Below, piece by piece: positions 1-13,848 of a stretch of DNA of 64,000 nt. Under the pieces are notes generated by a model. It was not told the DNA's origin, made no database searches, and was given only the letters and a program-made list of their open reading frames with translations. The stretch lies in contig CDLV01000012.1 in assembly GCA_001244265.2 (NCBI GenBank), forward strand, positions 930,001 to 994,000. The letters run 5' to 3'. The stretch comes from Microbotryum violaceum. Taxonomy: Eukaryota. The position numbers were made by a program, and so were the translations under genes. Every line of letters starts with the position of its first letter. The stretch's first letter is position 1.

Positions 1-767
1 TGCGAGACGACGGCTGGGGCTGGGGTGGGGCCGGGTAGAGTGGGTAGGAAGGGGACAGGATGGGACGATGGGCGCTCAAAGTCAGGAACGAGCACGCAAT
101 GAGGTCGGATTAGGCACGACGAGTGGGCAGTCGAGCCTTGTAGGTGGTGGGAACGTGTGAGTGTGACCGGTGAAGAAGGACCAGACGGGTTGAGGACGAT
201 TTCGCAAATGCACGTGAGGTGTCAGGTAGCAACTAAGGGGCGCGGTGGGGGACCATACTTGCCTATACTCGCTGCCGCAAGGTGCGCTCCAAAGCTCCAA
301 CGTTAACTCCAACCGCTCCAAATGCGAGTTTCGATTAAGACTTCGAATTTTGTGGTCATCCACTGCACTCGCGTACTGTTCGGGCGGATGTGGCAGGCAG
401 TGGAGGTCAATACAGTGACCAAGCTCAAGCCACGGAGACGCTGTGGCAGCTAAATATCAGACTAAGATCCCACAACCCCCGAGAACTAAATCAGCTTGGA
501 CACGATCTACTGCTGGCACGGCTCGGAGTCGGTATCGCCACAAAGCTTCGACTGCGACTCCCAGAGCCCCGGCGTCTAGGCCTCTCATCATCTTTCAATC
601 CACGGGGCGCAGAACCTAAGCCGTGGGAGTGTTGCATTCCACCATCCGCTTTGTAACGTGCCGTGCGGCCCTCGTGCAATGAATTATCCTTTCCTCCGCC
701 CGGCCACTGCACTGGCAGCGACCTGCCAATCCATAACTTGATATCCAACAACGACGACAGCGGCGCA

Positions 768-797
768 GACGACGACGACGATGACGATGACGACGAA
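768..797. repeat. (GAC/GAT)n trinucleotide microsatellite
   Basis: gacgacgacgacgatgacgatgacgacgaa read directly. Confidence 0.8.
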
Positions 798-2026
798 GAT
801 ACCATTCTCAGTAAGAGGGATTGCGCGGCGTTGGGTGACAGTGCGTGCCTTGTAGTTGTAGTGTTCTACGTGATATCCGGCGCGCGTGAGTTCTAGGTTT
901 TTGCCTTAACTTCTTCGAGATATGGTGCAGGTTCACGTAGGAAGGGCAAGTCGCGAACTTTGGTCACGTGATGCATACTTGCTTGCACTTGACTGGCAAG
1001 TTCGTCGAAGACAGTGCCACGAGATCCAAGTCGTTCATCGAGCTGTGAAGATAGTACGTCACGTGACGAAAGTTCGCGACACCCATCTAGTACGTAAATT
1101 TAAACTCCGTGCCTTCATCTCGAAGAAGTTAGGACACCAACTCAAACGCGCGCCGAATGCCCCGTAGTAGACGATGAGGGCCAGAGTTCCCATTTGTATC
1201 CCCACAAAAGATTTGGCACAGACAAGCTGCCCAACCCAGAGGCTGAGAATCACGTGCGCGGTCGAGCTCGACTCGGCGTTTGGAGATGAATTTTTCGCCG
1301 TCGGGGACGGGCTTGCCCTCGGTGATTGGGCGTCCGACGTGATCACGACGGGTAGAGTCGATGTCATTATACCAAAAAAACAGTGTGGGGTCGAGGGGTA
1401 CAGAAGAAATATCGCTAGGGAGGGCAAGGCACGATTTGGGCATTTGCCCCTGCCGATCAAGTTTCAAGACCCACAATATTAATCAGATTGCGGGGTGAGC
1501 TCGTCTTGCGGCTGCGCATGGCGGCGATCGTCCAACAGCTGCGAGTCAGGAGCCTGGGACTACTGGTCCCACCGACGTCTGCGCAGGGGGTGCGCACTCT
1601 CGATTCTCTGGCCTCGGTTGGAGCCGGGCTACATCTCCGCCCCCCTTGGCCAATACCACATTACCAAGTCTTCGCGATAGTAGCGCAATGAGCCGCGGGG
1701 AAGGATCCTGGCAAAGCATGGCCATGCTGGCAAGCGAGCTCAAAGTCGGTAAGAAAGACATGGCGAAGCTCGCGAAGTTGGTCGGGTAGTCGGCGGGCCT
1801 GAGCTTCGCGTCGGCCACTTGATAATACGATCCCATTTGTAATTGACAGACCCGGTTCGCTCTAAAATTATTTGGTTAAGTAGCACTTACTGACTTGTAT
1901 GTGCTGGCGAGAATCAGGTAAGTAGGATAACGTAACGCTGACGGGGCCCTCCAGTAAAATCCCAGGGACGTCTTGCCCGGCCCTGGCCCTAGGCAAACCC
2001 TCACCTGTTGACGACCGAAGACTTCT

Positions 2027-4231
2027 TTATTCCGAACCATTCGCCTTAAGCTCTGTCTCCTTGGATTCTTGACTGCGAACCGTACCACTCGCGGTCTGAC
2101 GCCGTTCTTCCCCGCGAGAGATAGTGGCGCCGTGGGCTTGGGACGAATTTTCGATGGGAGTAGGTCCGGCCAAACCTTTCTTCAAGAAATGGGCCAATTC
2201 CGAGATGGGAATTTTTTGCTCCATGATTTGAGTCGCCGCTAGACCCTCCCACTGATCCGGACTGAGTGCCAGAGGGCTAGGAATACCCCGGCCGCAGGCA
2301 GTCACGAGGTTAGCAATCCACCCGGAAAGCGTAGAGGACGCCAGCGTCCACTGGTGCTTACAAGTTGTTGTCGACGAAGAAGAAGTTTGCCGGATCCGTG
2401 TCACTTGTTGGGTGGGCGACAATCTCCTTCAGTTCGCGCAAGATCACTTCGGTGTACGACTCCAAATCGAGGTCCGAGCTGTGTGCACCGACTAAGCATC
2501 AATTGACCGCGTGCCGCTTCGATCCGACGCAGCGGAGATAGGTTCGTGCACTCACGCATCATAACCAAGAGGCTTCGAGGACGAAAGAGGTCAATCAACA
2601 TCAACTTGGTCCACTTTCTGATTTTGACCATCTTTAGAGAACCTGCTCACATTGTCGATCTCGTTCCCAATTTGCAAGAACCCGATGAAAACGAACGTGA
2701 TCAGCGCCGTGGCGGGGATCGTCTAGTAGAGCGAAAAAAAATACGCCTCTATCAGCGTGTAAAGGAGGAAGATACATGACGGTCAATTACTCACCTTCCA
2801 TCCGAACGACCCGTAAAGTTGACTCGGGAGTAGCAAGAGGTACAACCAGATCACGTGGCGGAGATGCAGGGCGTACGCGATTGGCATGGGCGAGAGCAGC
2901 ACCCTTTCAAGGCCAGTGAGCGAGTCGGTCAAACCTTGCAGAGCTGCAAAGAGCGCGTTGGTGGTCGGCACGTCGATCGATTTGCGCCTCTGTAAAGCGG
3001 CGACCCAACCGGAGAGGAACAGCGTGATCTCGAGGGGAACATTGTCTCCGTCCTTGTCGTTCTGCAGGGGCCTTCGCTTGCGGGTTTGCTTTTGCCTCTT
3101 GACGCGATGTCGCAATTTTCGTTGGCCTCGTCTGAGTAGACCAAACAGGTCACAAAACAACGCATAGAAAGGGATGTACTCGTCCCAGGCGATCGGAGGA
3201 GGGTTGCGCGGCGGTAGTAGTGCGTGAGGGCTGATAAGTCGACGTTGCTCGTGCTGGTGTTGACCGTGTGCACGGAGATTGACCGTGGTCGCTGATCCAC
3301 TTTGTCCTGAAGGTTCGCGGTGCAAGAGAACAGAGGCCGAGGTCGTGCGCGCGCTTCCGGTGGCGGTGAAGGGGATCACCGTCGAACTCGCGCCGGACGT
3401 CTCGCGCGTGAGGGGCTCAAAGTTGTGCTCCACGTCGAGGTCGGGTCGAGGGATGAAGGTGGATGCGGGTAGCCGATCTGAATTTATTTTCGCTGAAGTG
3501 ATTAGGCTAAAAGAAGGTCACGTCCTTGATGAGAGCAGTACTCACACTTTGGGAGATGACAGACATAGGAGTAGAGATCTTCGTAGTAGACGCTCGCCTC
3601 GCCACGGCAGTAATGCTTCAGCGCGATGCAAAACCCTCCGACCAGCCTGATCGCCGACGTTTTTTCGATCAGAGCCCTTCGCCGGTCGTCTTCGCCAGCC
3701 GGGCTCGATCCCGGGTCGATAGTGTCGGGGACGTGGATCCATGCGGTGCGTGCGAAGCATCGCGACGCGAAGATGATGGACGACCAGTACCGACGACCTT
3801 CCTGGTAGCACGAATATGCCGAGGATGTGCGGAAAGAGATGAGAAAGCCCAGCACGCTACCAAACACCTGCAGATCGAAAGCGAAAATGATAATAGCAAA
3901 TAAATACGTTAGAAAACGAGAATGCTACCTCCAGCTCCTTTCAGAGGAAGGACCGCTCAGGACGGGCGAGGAGAGTCGGGCTGAACGAACGGTGGTGAGT
4001 GTCGTGGCAATCTGCAAGGAGACCACCCTCTGCGAAACGATGGTGACCATGGTCGCGACCAAAGTAAAGAAGATGACCTGCGACACGATATCGTCAGTAC
4101 CGTAGCGGATCAAGGTGAAACAATGGGCTTTGCCTACGCCAATTTGCGAAGCCGTAGCCACGTACCTCGGGGAGGATCAGCCAAAGGACGGTGAATTTGA
4201 GATGAACAAGGCCCGAAGACCTCAGCCCCAT
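2027..4231 (-). CDS. Bestrophin/UPF0187 family anion channel-like membrane protein (multi-exon; start uncertain)
   Basis: Spliced translation gives ILPEVIFFT..., VLGFLISFRTSSAYSCYQEGRRYW, LTGLERVLLSPMPIAYALHL, FIGFLQIGNEIDNPLGYDASDLDLE; GT-AG introns; motifs typical of fungal/bacterial bestrophin-2 proteins. Confidence 0.85.
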
Positions 4232-4727
4232 GTCGTGGCGATGGTACTGAGGATCAGCCATTGCTTGTACGACTGCCTTGATAACTGCTGAATCCTCAGC
4301 TGGACCACTCTGCGGGTTTGAGGGCAGAATTTGGCGGTGAACGCGAGAGGCAGGCCGTGGCCCGTTCGGCGCGGAGGGGGAAGCTGCTTTGGGGAGCTCT
4401 GCCTAATCGTCGTTGGCTCCCTTCTGAGCCATAGCAATTAGGCTTGACCCAGCTTAGCGCCTAGGAGACGTCCGTTGACCCAGCGCTCTCATATTAGTCC
4501 TCGTGAGGTGTAGACGGACTGACGTGGACGAGGCCCGTTCTCCGACGCTAGCGCGCATGGCCCCTCTTCTGTCGGGCGGCAGCGGGCGAGTGCGGGTGAG
4601 TGCGGGCATCTGCGGGCGTCTGCGCGAGTCTGCGCGCGTGACCCGTACTTGCAAGCAGGCGAGCTTTGACCTTTGTCTCTGTACCGACAGCGTCCGCTTT
4701 CCGAGCTCTCGCCGGATAAAGACAGGA

Positions 4728-6162
4728 ATGCCATTCGGACAGGTCGTCATCGGTCCACCAGGCTCAGGCAAGAGTACATACTGCTATGGGCTGTACCAGG
4801 TCAGTTGCTCTCGCCGTCTCACGCCTTCGGACCCATTTTACTCTCCTGCGGTCGCGAAGCCCCCCACCCCTCCACCCTCGGACTGACCCTCCTCGGCCCG
4901 TCGCTCATTCCATGCCTAGTTCCTCAATGCCTTGGAGCGACCGGTGATCATCGTCAATCTGGATCCGGCCGCTCCTGCACCACCCTATCCGTTCTCGATC
5001 TCGATTACGTCACTCATATCACTCCAGGATGCCATGACCGCTCATCACCTCGGCCCCAATGGTGCGATGCTCTACTGTCTCGAATACCTCGAGGCCAACA
5101 TCGATTGGCTCGAAGAAGAGCTCGATCGCGTGTTGGTAGAGAAGGGCTACGACGGCGATCGGAGGGAGCAGGCGTTTGTCGTGTTCGACACACCGGGCCA
5201 AGTGGAGCTCAGCACCGACCACGGTAGTCTCAAGAGGATAGTCGAGAGGTTAGGCAAGAAAGGTGGCTGGAGGGTGAGTCACTAACCCCTTTGCGGGAGA
5301 ACTCGATTTGGGACGATGTTCACACCAATCGGTTCGGATCTCACAGCTCGCGGCGGTACACTTGCTTGATGCGCACCACATCCTCGACGCCGGGAAATAC
5401 GTTGCTCTGCTACTGCTGTCATTGCGCACTATGCTTCAGATGGAGCTACCTCATATCAACGTACTGTCCAAAATCGATCTGCTGTCCACAGCTGGCGAGC
5501 TACGTGAGTCTCATACCCTCAGCGCGCACGTTAGTCGTCGCACGGCAAGTTGATCGGGATGCGCTTGTGCAGCATTCAATCTCGACTTTTATACCGAGGT
5601 CAAGGATCTCCAGTACCTGCTACCTCTGCTGGAGAAAGACCAGAGAACACGGCGATTCTCGGAGCTCAATAGGGTCATTTGCGAGTTGATTGACGAGTTT
5701 GGCCTCGTGAGCTTTGAAACGCTCTGCGTCGAGGTAGGTCCCGGACTCGATATCCCATGTGGCATGTGGTGACTTGCCTGGAGATAAGGTCTGACCACCC
5801 TGCATCGTCTCTATCACTATCACCTTATTTTTTCCTGGTAGGACAAGGAATCGATGCTGCGGCTTGTCCAGGTGGTCGACCAAGCTGTAGGCTATGTCGC
5901 ACCAACGCCGTTGGCCGACAGTGACATGGCCGACTCTCCGGCACAAGCCCATGCACACCATCATTCGCACCAATCTGAGCTTCCTTCTATGGTCGACCCC
6001 TTGTCGCAGCTCTACTATTCTTCGACCGTTCAGGAAAAATGGATCGACCACCGCGACGAGTACGAGACCCACGAGAAGAAGATGTGGGAGCAGGAGGGCG
6101 ACCGAGCGATCGAGATGGCGAACGAGCAAAGTCGAAGAGCCGCAAGTGCAGCAGACTCGTGA
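4728..6162 (+). CDS. GPN2: GPN-loop GTPase 2 (multi-exon)
   Basis: MPFGQVVIGPPGSGKSTYC (P-loop), VNLDPA, LGPNGA (GPN loop), FDTPGQVEL, ELPHINVLSKIDL; N-terminus matches the GPN2 subfamily. Confidence 0.92.
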
Positions 6163-6478
6163 AGACGCGTAGGTTGGAACGTGTTGTAGTATATTGATTC
6201 GTTAAACTTGTACAGTTCGCGCAAGTATAGCAGGAACGTTTTCACCGTCGCGTATCGTCGGGGTCGAAAATTGTGGGCCATCTCGAGATTTGTTCACCAG
6301 TCGGTTCGAACTTCGGAAGCGAAGACGTCATCGGTCGGAAGGAGCTCGGCCTTCTCGGACTTTCTCGGACTATGCTTGCCAGTGCTCGACCAAACGTGCG
6401 ACCCGTTGCATTCCCCTTTCTCCTTCCCAGCCCCATCTCTTCTCACCATACATCTTCCCAACCCTATCTTCGTCAAAC

Positions 6479-9400
6479 ATGGGTAAAGAGGAAGCCCCAC
6501 CCCCGACCATGATCCCTTCCGAGCTCAGCGCCTCGCCCGATTCGCCCCTCAGCTCGCTCGCGGTTCAGCTCGACGTCGATGAGCTGTCGAAAGCATATGA
6601 TGCGTCGCACCTCGACCGCGTGCACCAGAGCTGGCGTGCTTCGTGTTACCTCGCGACAGCGCAGATCTTTTTGACCGGAAATGCCACGATGGAAGAGAAG
6701 CTGACCAGGAAACACATCAAACCTCGTCTCCTCGGCGTAAGTTACAAGCAAGAGCTGATGGCGCGAGCTAGATCGGGCATCGGGCTTGACAGTCTTTATC
6801 GACGAGGAGGCGACTGTCACACTACCGGGAAGAAGTTTTCGGTCGGGTGACTTTGTGGTGGTTCCATAACTTGTCGACGTGCGAAAGCCGTATCTACTGT
6901 CGCGGCCACGATGCCATCGCATCGTCTCGCACGCCAAGGTATCGCCTCCGTTCCCAATCGCGTGCGCAGACCGAATGCGGCGATGACGCGTCGGGCCCGA
7001 AGGTCCACATGGGGCCCCGCATGTTGAACCCGACGCGACGTGCCACGACGGTGCCCACTTTACCCGTCCCCGAGTCAGCCGTGCCCACTTTATCCGTCAC
7101 CGAACAAACGGTGCCCAATTTACCCGTCACCGAACCAAGAACTAACATGGACATTCAAACCCCTTCCTTGATACCAAACAGCACTATGGTACGACCGGCG
7201 GTCTCGCGTTCGCCTACTCGCACACCCAAGCTCTCATCCGTCGTCGCGGCGAACAAGAAGACGGGAACGAGCCCAGCTTTCTGTTCATCACCGGCCCGGG
7301 CCATGGAGCGCCTGCGATCCTCTCCGAGCTCTACATCGAGGGTGCCATCTCCAAGTTCTACCCCGAGTACGCCATGGACAAGCAAGGCCTCAACAAGTTC
7401 GTCAAGAGCTTCTCTTGGCCGGGAGGATTCCCTTCCCACGTCAACGCTGAGACACCAGGATGCATTCACGAAGGTGGAGAGCTTGGTGCGTTCAAGAGAT
7501 CATAGCCCAAAATGTAACGATCTTCTCTGACCGCGCCTTTGCCTGGTCTTGCAACCGCAGGCTATGCTTTGGCCGTCGCTTACGGCAGCGTTTTTGACAT
7601 GCCTGACCTCATTTCGGTCGTCGTCGTCGGGGACGGAGAGAGCGAGACGGGTCCAACGGCGACTGCCTGGCACTCGCATAAGTGGCTCAACCCCGCGACT
7701 TCAGGCGCCGTCTTGCCGGTGCTGCACGTCAACGGCTTCAAAATCTCGGAGCGCACGCTCCCCGGAACCATGGACGCGACGGAATTAGCTTTGCTATATA
7801 CGGGCTATGGCTATCAAGTCCGCTTCGTCGAGTATGAGCCAGAGGGAGAGCCCACCATGGGAGGAAACGACCCAGCGGACATCAAGCTCAACCGCAACAT
7901 GGCAGTTTCGATCGATTGGGCGTACAGCGAAATCCGTAGAATTCAGAAGGCTGCGCGCTCGGGCCAGCCCCTGCAAAAGTCTCGCTGGCCATTGCTGATC
8001 TTGCGCTCGCCCAAAGGTGAGAGCGGCGTGTGTCTAAAGATACACGAGACGCGTAACAAGCTGACTTTTGGATTCTTTCTCCTTTATCTAGGATGGACGG
8101 GGCCCTTGACCGACGGCAAAGGCAAGCAGCTGCTCAACTCGTTCGCCTCGCATCAGGTTCCTCTCCCGGCCGCTGGCAAGGACGACGAACAGTTAGATCA
8201 TCTCGAGAGATGGCTCAGATCGTACGAGCCAGAGAAGATCTTCCAGCCGGAGCACAAGCTTTCGCAAGGCACCTCTATTCTCAATCAAGACTACGACTCT
8301 GTCCTTCCCAAACAACGAGAGCGTCGACTTGGTTTCGTCCCTGAGGCCTATCAGGGTTACAAGGTGCTCGATCTGGGCGACTGGAAAACGATGACGTACG
8401 AGAAGGGCGCAGAGGAGATATCGTGCATGAAGGCGATCGGGAAATTCCTCGCCGACACCATCAAGCGCAACCCGCGCAAGTTCCGCATCTTCTCTCCCGA
8501 CGAGCTCGCGTCGAACAAGCTCGACGGCGTGTTTGAAGTCACCAGTCGCGCCTTCCAGTGGGATCCCGAGACAGCGGACAAGGAGAATGCGGCAGTGATG
8601 GAGATGCTATCGGAACACACTTTGCAAGGCTGGCTTCAAGGCTACACCCTCACTGGCCGTTCAGGTGTCTTCCCTTCGTACGAGGCGTTCTTGGGCATCA
8701 TTGCGACTATGATGATCCAATACGCCAAATTCACCAAGAGTGAGTAGCGCGCTCGGCCCTGTGTTCTCGACCGCGCACCCCGAATCGAACACAAGGTTAA
8801 CTATCCTGGTGAGCACTCACTGATGCTTTCTACCCCTTTCTCCGGCTTGTTATTTTTCTTTAACAGTGGCTCTTGAAACTCCATGGCGTGGCCCGACGGC
8901 GAGTCTGACCTACATCGAGACCAGCACGTGGACACGCCAGGAACACAATGGGTACTCGCATCAGCAAGTGGGCTTCATTTCTTCCGTGCTCTCGTTGCCT
9001 GTTCACCTCGCTCGCGTCTACCTTCCAGCGGACGCCAACACCTCCGTCTCCGTCATTTCGCACTGCCTCAAGTCGAAGAACTATATCAACCTGATCATCG
9101 GCACCAAAGCGCCCTCTCCCGTATTCCTGACTCCGGACCAGGCCGAGGAACACTGCATCGCGGGTGCCAGCGTTTGGAAGTCTTACTCCACAGATGAAGG
9201 TGAGTCATAAGTAGTCTCAAGCCTTCCTCAACCTCTACCAAAACTAATTGCTGTTATGCTAGGTGTCAACCCGGATGTTGTGCTTGTCGGCATCGGTTTC
9301 GAGCTTACCGCCGAGGTTATCGCCGCTGCGGCTCGCTTGCGCAAAGACTTCGGTGACAGCCTCCGAGTCCGTGTGGTCAACGTCGTCGACTTGCTTGTGC

Positions 9401-9958
9401 TCGCGTCTGTCGGAGAACACCCGCATGCTTTGAGCGAGGCCGGTTTCAACTCGTTGTTCCCGCCCAACACTCCTGTAGTGATCAACTGGCACGGCCACCC
9501 TGCTCAGATCGCATCGTTGCTGTTCAACCGCCCTCACTCTGTTGGCCGCACCCGATTCCACATCAACGGCTACATCGAACAAGGATCAACGACGACTCCC
9601 TACCTTATGCTCAAGGTCAACAAGTGCGATCGTTACACGGTGGCTACGAACGCGCTCGATATGGTCGCGCTCAACTTTTCAAAGTACCCCAACCACTTTG
9701 CGCAGCTCGAGAAGCATGAACGTGTTGGCAGGGTCGTCGCTCAGGTTCAACAAAAGATCGCCATTTACGCTTCCAAGAACCAAGAGTTCGAGAAGTATGC
9801 TCAGTGAGTTGGTTCTGTTCCTCGCATACCATCACGGAAAAGCCGTGCCTGAAGTGAACTGACTGGCCCCTATCCTACTCGGCGCCTTTCGCTTCTGTAG
9901 AGAGACGCAGCAAGATCACCCCGAGATTGGTGCCACCGCGACCCTTGCTGAAGGCTAA
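6479..9958 (+). CDS. xfp: Xylulose-5-phosphate/fructose-6-phosphate phosphoketolase (TPP-dependent; multi-exon)
   Basis: [104 protein letters not shown]. Confidence 0.95.
7051..7140 (+). repeat. 3 x 30-bp tandem repeat within phosphoketolase intron 1
   Basis: gtgcccactttacccgtccccgagtcagcc / gtgcccactttatccgtcaccgaacaaacg / gtgcccaatttacccgtcaccgaaccaaga. Confidence 0.85.
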
Positions 9959-10417
9959 GAGCTTGTGAAAGCTCTTTCTTGTTGCTCCCAAATCCTCCAT
10001 TCGGTTCGACCTGCTCTCTATCTACTCAGTTTCCCGGACCGTATTATTTTCGCTGGTACTTCCGCCGTGTTTCGAACTCCGTGCAAATGAACATAGCCGA
10101 TGCTTTTCCGAGTGGATCGAGTAGCGTGTGTATTTCAAGAGTTTGACAACACAGATTTGTTATAGAGGACTACACATATTATTGTTCGTACAGACCGAGA
10201 TTGCCTTGGAAGTTGGTTTAGCTTCAAGTTCCCTTTTCTCGCAAAGGCTCCTATCGAAGATCGCACACGAGCTCCCATCAAACAAATTGGTGAATACGGT
10301 TTCCATTTCAGACTTCCCGGAAAGCAACCGGGGCAGCCGATCTACTTTATATTGACTTCTTTCTGATCACTGTTGACATATTGCCCACGTGATAGCTTCA
10401 ACGAGTGGCATCGTCGT

Positions 10418-11468
10418 TTAGAGCTTGGCCAAAACGGCTTCGGCACCGGAGACGGTGACTCCTCCGCCCTCCTCAATACCGATGTACTCGACCTAAAGAA
10501 CCAAAAACATTCGAATAAGCGAAGCTGTGCCATATATGAACCGCCGAGAGTGGCAAGTCTCACCTTGAGGTCATTGATGATCGCCGCGAAGCGCTTGGAT
10601 CGCTTGCCGAAGCCGACGTGGGACAAGTCTTGGACCAAGCCGGCCGCCTCGAGCCAAGTGAGGGTGGCGTCCGAGATGCAGGTCAACTTGTTGCCGGCCT
10701 TGAGAGCGCGTTGCCAGGCCGAGACTGGGGTTGGCAAAAGAGGGAAGCGACCATTTCGGTCAGCCGGGTCAGGCAGAGAGAGCAAGGGGCGAGAACAGGC
10801 TTACCGACAAAGACGTCGTTCGAGGCGATGCAGTAGACGGCGTCAACACCTGCGCAAGGGTACCACAATAAAGCAGGGTAGGTGTGCGAAGGCGGTGCAG
10901 ACAGGGCTCAAATTGGGGCCGTCGTTGATGAGCCATTTCGGGCCAGAGGATGGGTGGGGAAAGCGAGCGCAATTGTCAGGAGGTGGGGCGGAGGGACGCT
11001 TTCCACGTGGAATCGGATTGGGTGCAGCGAGAAACGTGCTGCACCGCGTACTCACCCTTGGACTGCAGCTTCTCAAAGCCCTCGAGATAACCGGGAAGGT
11101 GAGCCTCTGTTGAGATACAGGCGATGAGTGTCAGTACAGTGGTTACAGTGGTTACAGTGGTTACGGGCAGGGTGACACGCCGATACGAGAGGAGAGTGGG
11201 TCATCTACGCACCAGAGCAGGTCGGCGTGAAGGCTGAAGTGGCGGCGATGAACAAGTTGTAAAGTTCATCAGTCTACAGTCTCAAAGATCCTATCGTCAG
11301 ATCAGATCGAGACTGACCTCCGGGAACGCCGAAGAGAACAATCTTCTTGCCCTTCCACTCGTCGGTCTTGAGCTGCTGGGGCTTACCGCAGATGGAGGGA
11401 TCGTCATCCACGTTGTCAACGAAGGCGAACGTGCCGGAGGGGATCGTGGAGCCAACTTCGATCGTCAT
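10418..11468 (-). CDS. Peroxiredoxin, PRX5/Ahp1 (Redoxin) family, peroxisomal (C-terminal AKL PTS1)
   Basis: Six exons: MTIEVGSTIP...KKIVLFGVPG|AFTPTCS|EAHLPGY...|VDAVYCIASNDVFV|...RSKRFAAII|...VTVSGAEAVLAKL*; PGAFTPTCS catalytic motif. Confidence 0.92.
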
Positions 11469-12485
11469 AGTGCGTGTGTGAGTAAAGTGTTTGGAGTGAA
11501 GAGGTGGGGAGGAGGTTTTGTGTGTGTGGTGTGTGGTGTGTGGTAGAGCGGTAGAGCGCAAGCTACGCTTCCACGACGTTCTTGGCTCGCAAGGCGGCAT
11601 GACTACTGCATGACTAATTGCCCGGCTAGTGGGGATCCGGTGCCCCATCGGCAGGCAATTCATGCTTTGCTCAGCCTGCAGGGCCATCTTAGCCTACCTA
11701 CCTCCAACCTGGTTCGGACGTCTTTTTAATTTAGTAACAGTCGGTTAGGACTTGTTGCTTCGGAGACTCCGGGGATGAGACGCCAAATATCGTATTTTGA
11801 AGTGCTCGGGCCCGGGTCGAGTCAGCACCGTGAGTCAGCCGTCGCTTAAGCTTCTGCAATTTTGCTGCCGATCACCTCTGCAGCTCTTGGCGCAACAATT
11901 GCAGGTACATAGCTGAAAAGGTACACTTCACTTCTCGGCCCACATTCAAATCGAAAAACACAAATGCTTCTCGTACGTCGCAGGACCAGAGAGAAGGGTT
12001 TATGGCGGACGCACTCCAACTTCAAGGTTTGCGCCGCTGCTTCGCCTCCGATCAACGTCCCAGCCTGCGGAAATTAAAGCTGAGAAAGACTCATGGCATA
12101 AAATCAGCAGTATACATCAGAGCTCCAAGGCTCAAGGTACACCTCATAATCCACACCACAAAAATTTCGCGACCGAGCGTCTCAATCTGTCAAGTTGTCG
12201 TCTTCAAGTGTACGTGCACAAGGCGAGCAAGCTACATCCAAGACATATGCTTGACTGGCCGGGCGGGGTAATCGCTTCGACCCGGCGTCCGCGATGACGT
12301 CGCCCGACTCGCCCGATGTCGATCGCTGTCGCTCGCGAGTTGCACTGACGCGGACTGGACAGACTTGTCATTCTTTCCTTCCTTCCTTCCTTCCTTCCTT
12401 CACCAAAACCGGCCTCACCCTCTCCTTTGTTGCCACTTCCCGAATTGCCATTTGTGCCATCCAAAAAGACCCGTCTGCCTAAAGC

Positions 12486-13558
12486 ATGTCGGAAAGAAAG
12501 CAAACACGATCGCAACGAGCAGCGGCGCAGGCCAAGTCGGACGTGCAGTCAGTTGGCAAGCTCGGCGCGGATGCCGCCAAATCAGGAGCCTATCTATACC
12601 CAATGTGAGCCTCGAGCATGCACGTAGCTTGCCTCTCCACACCTGTATACTCATCGCTGCCTTGCTTCACATCTACCTCACGTCAACTAGCTACGGCCTG
12701 ATCTACTTCCTCCGCAACCCAAAGTTGTTCAATTCGGTCCGCGTCGCTCTATACCGCGGTGTCATGTGGTCCATATGTATCACCGTAGGGATGTTCATTG
12801 TGACGTACCTGCCTCAAGTCGCCGTGCTGTCCGTCGTCTCGGGCCCTCTCGGTGAGTCATCGGCGTTATATTCAGCTGGGCCCGCGTGACGTGACGATGA
12901 CCGGGTGGCTGCCCAGTATTGTGGTATCGGCTGACCCCGCAGTAAAGTTCCTATCGCAGCGTTCATTGCAGCGGTTCCAATCGTGCTCGCAGAATCCTAC
13001 GCAATTACGAACGTCCTGCTGAAGAGCTTCTTACTCGCCGGCGCGACCGACAAGCTTTTCGATGCGGTCCTCGTGAACAAGGGTCTCTCCTCGTTGGTAG
13101 AGCGAGGCCGAGAAGTCAACTCAACTCGCGGTGGAGGCGCTGTTCTCGGCAAATCGCTGCTAAAACCGATCTCGTCCAAGTTTTCGACCGAGGGCCTCGT
13201 TCGATACGTGTTGACGCTGCCGCTCAACTTGGTCCCCGCGGTCGGAACAATCTTTTTCCTCTTCTTCAACGGGCGGTCATCGGGCCCTGCGGCGCTGAAC
13301 CGCTACTTCCAACTCAAGGGCTTTGATAAGCAAGAGAAGAAGGCATTCGTCGACCAGTACCACCCCGGATTGACCTCGCTTGGAGCTGCTCAGCTCGCTC
13401 TCGGCCTTGTTCCCATCGTCGGCACGATCTTCACGTTCTCGAACGCGGTGGGGGCTGCCTTGTACGCCGTCGACCTCGAGAAGACGTCATCGGAGGGGGG
13501 AGAAGCCGGTGGGAAAGATACGCAACAAGTCGATCTCGGCAACCACGACGAGTTGTGA
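12486..13558 (+). CDS. EI24-domain membrane protein (Lds/Rrt8-like)
   Basis: SGAYLYP|..GLIYFLRNP, YLPQVAVLSVVSGPL, LFDAVLV, TLPLNLVPAVG, RYFQLKG, LVPIVGTIFTFSNAVGAALYAVDLEK; hydrophobic pattern of this fungal family. Confidence 0.75.
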
Positions 13559-13848
13559 ACAGAACGCCAGCTAGTCGGGGGATCGCCTACTGCATCCCGC
13601 CGAACACCTGTTGGACCCTCGCGCGCTGGAAAAAACGAAATGAACGATTGTAGCTTATGTATGTAATGCAGAAAAATGATGCTGTGACACCTTCGGATGC
13701 GCGCGATTTATCGGAAAGAATATGAAAATATGGGCCCGACCGGTAGCCGACTCGGAAGCCGAGAGCAGTGAGGCGAGGGCGCACGTGCCTATAATGCTGG
13801 CCCGTCTCCGTCCACAGCTCGCCAAGTGTAACTTGAAGCCGTATCACC

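Noticed and set aside
1129-1836. Possible minus-strand gene (MGSYYQVADAKL...; ...FFWYNDID...)
   Set aside because: No recognisable domain and no convincing splice model; may be a lineage-specific gene or relic
6737-7181. TPP riboswitch in the phosphoketolase intron
   Set aside because: No CUGAGA motif or downstream P4/P5 consensus found by eye
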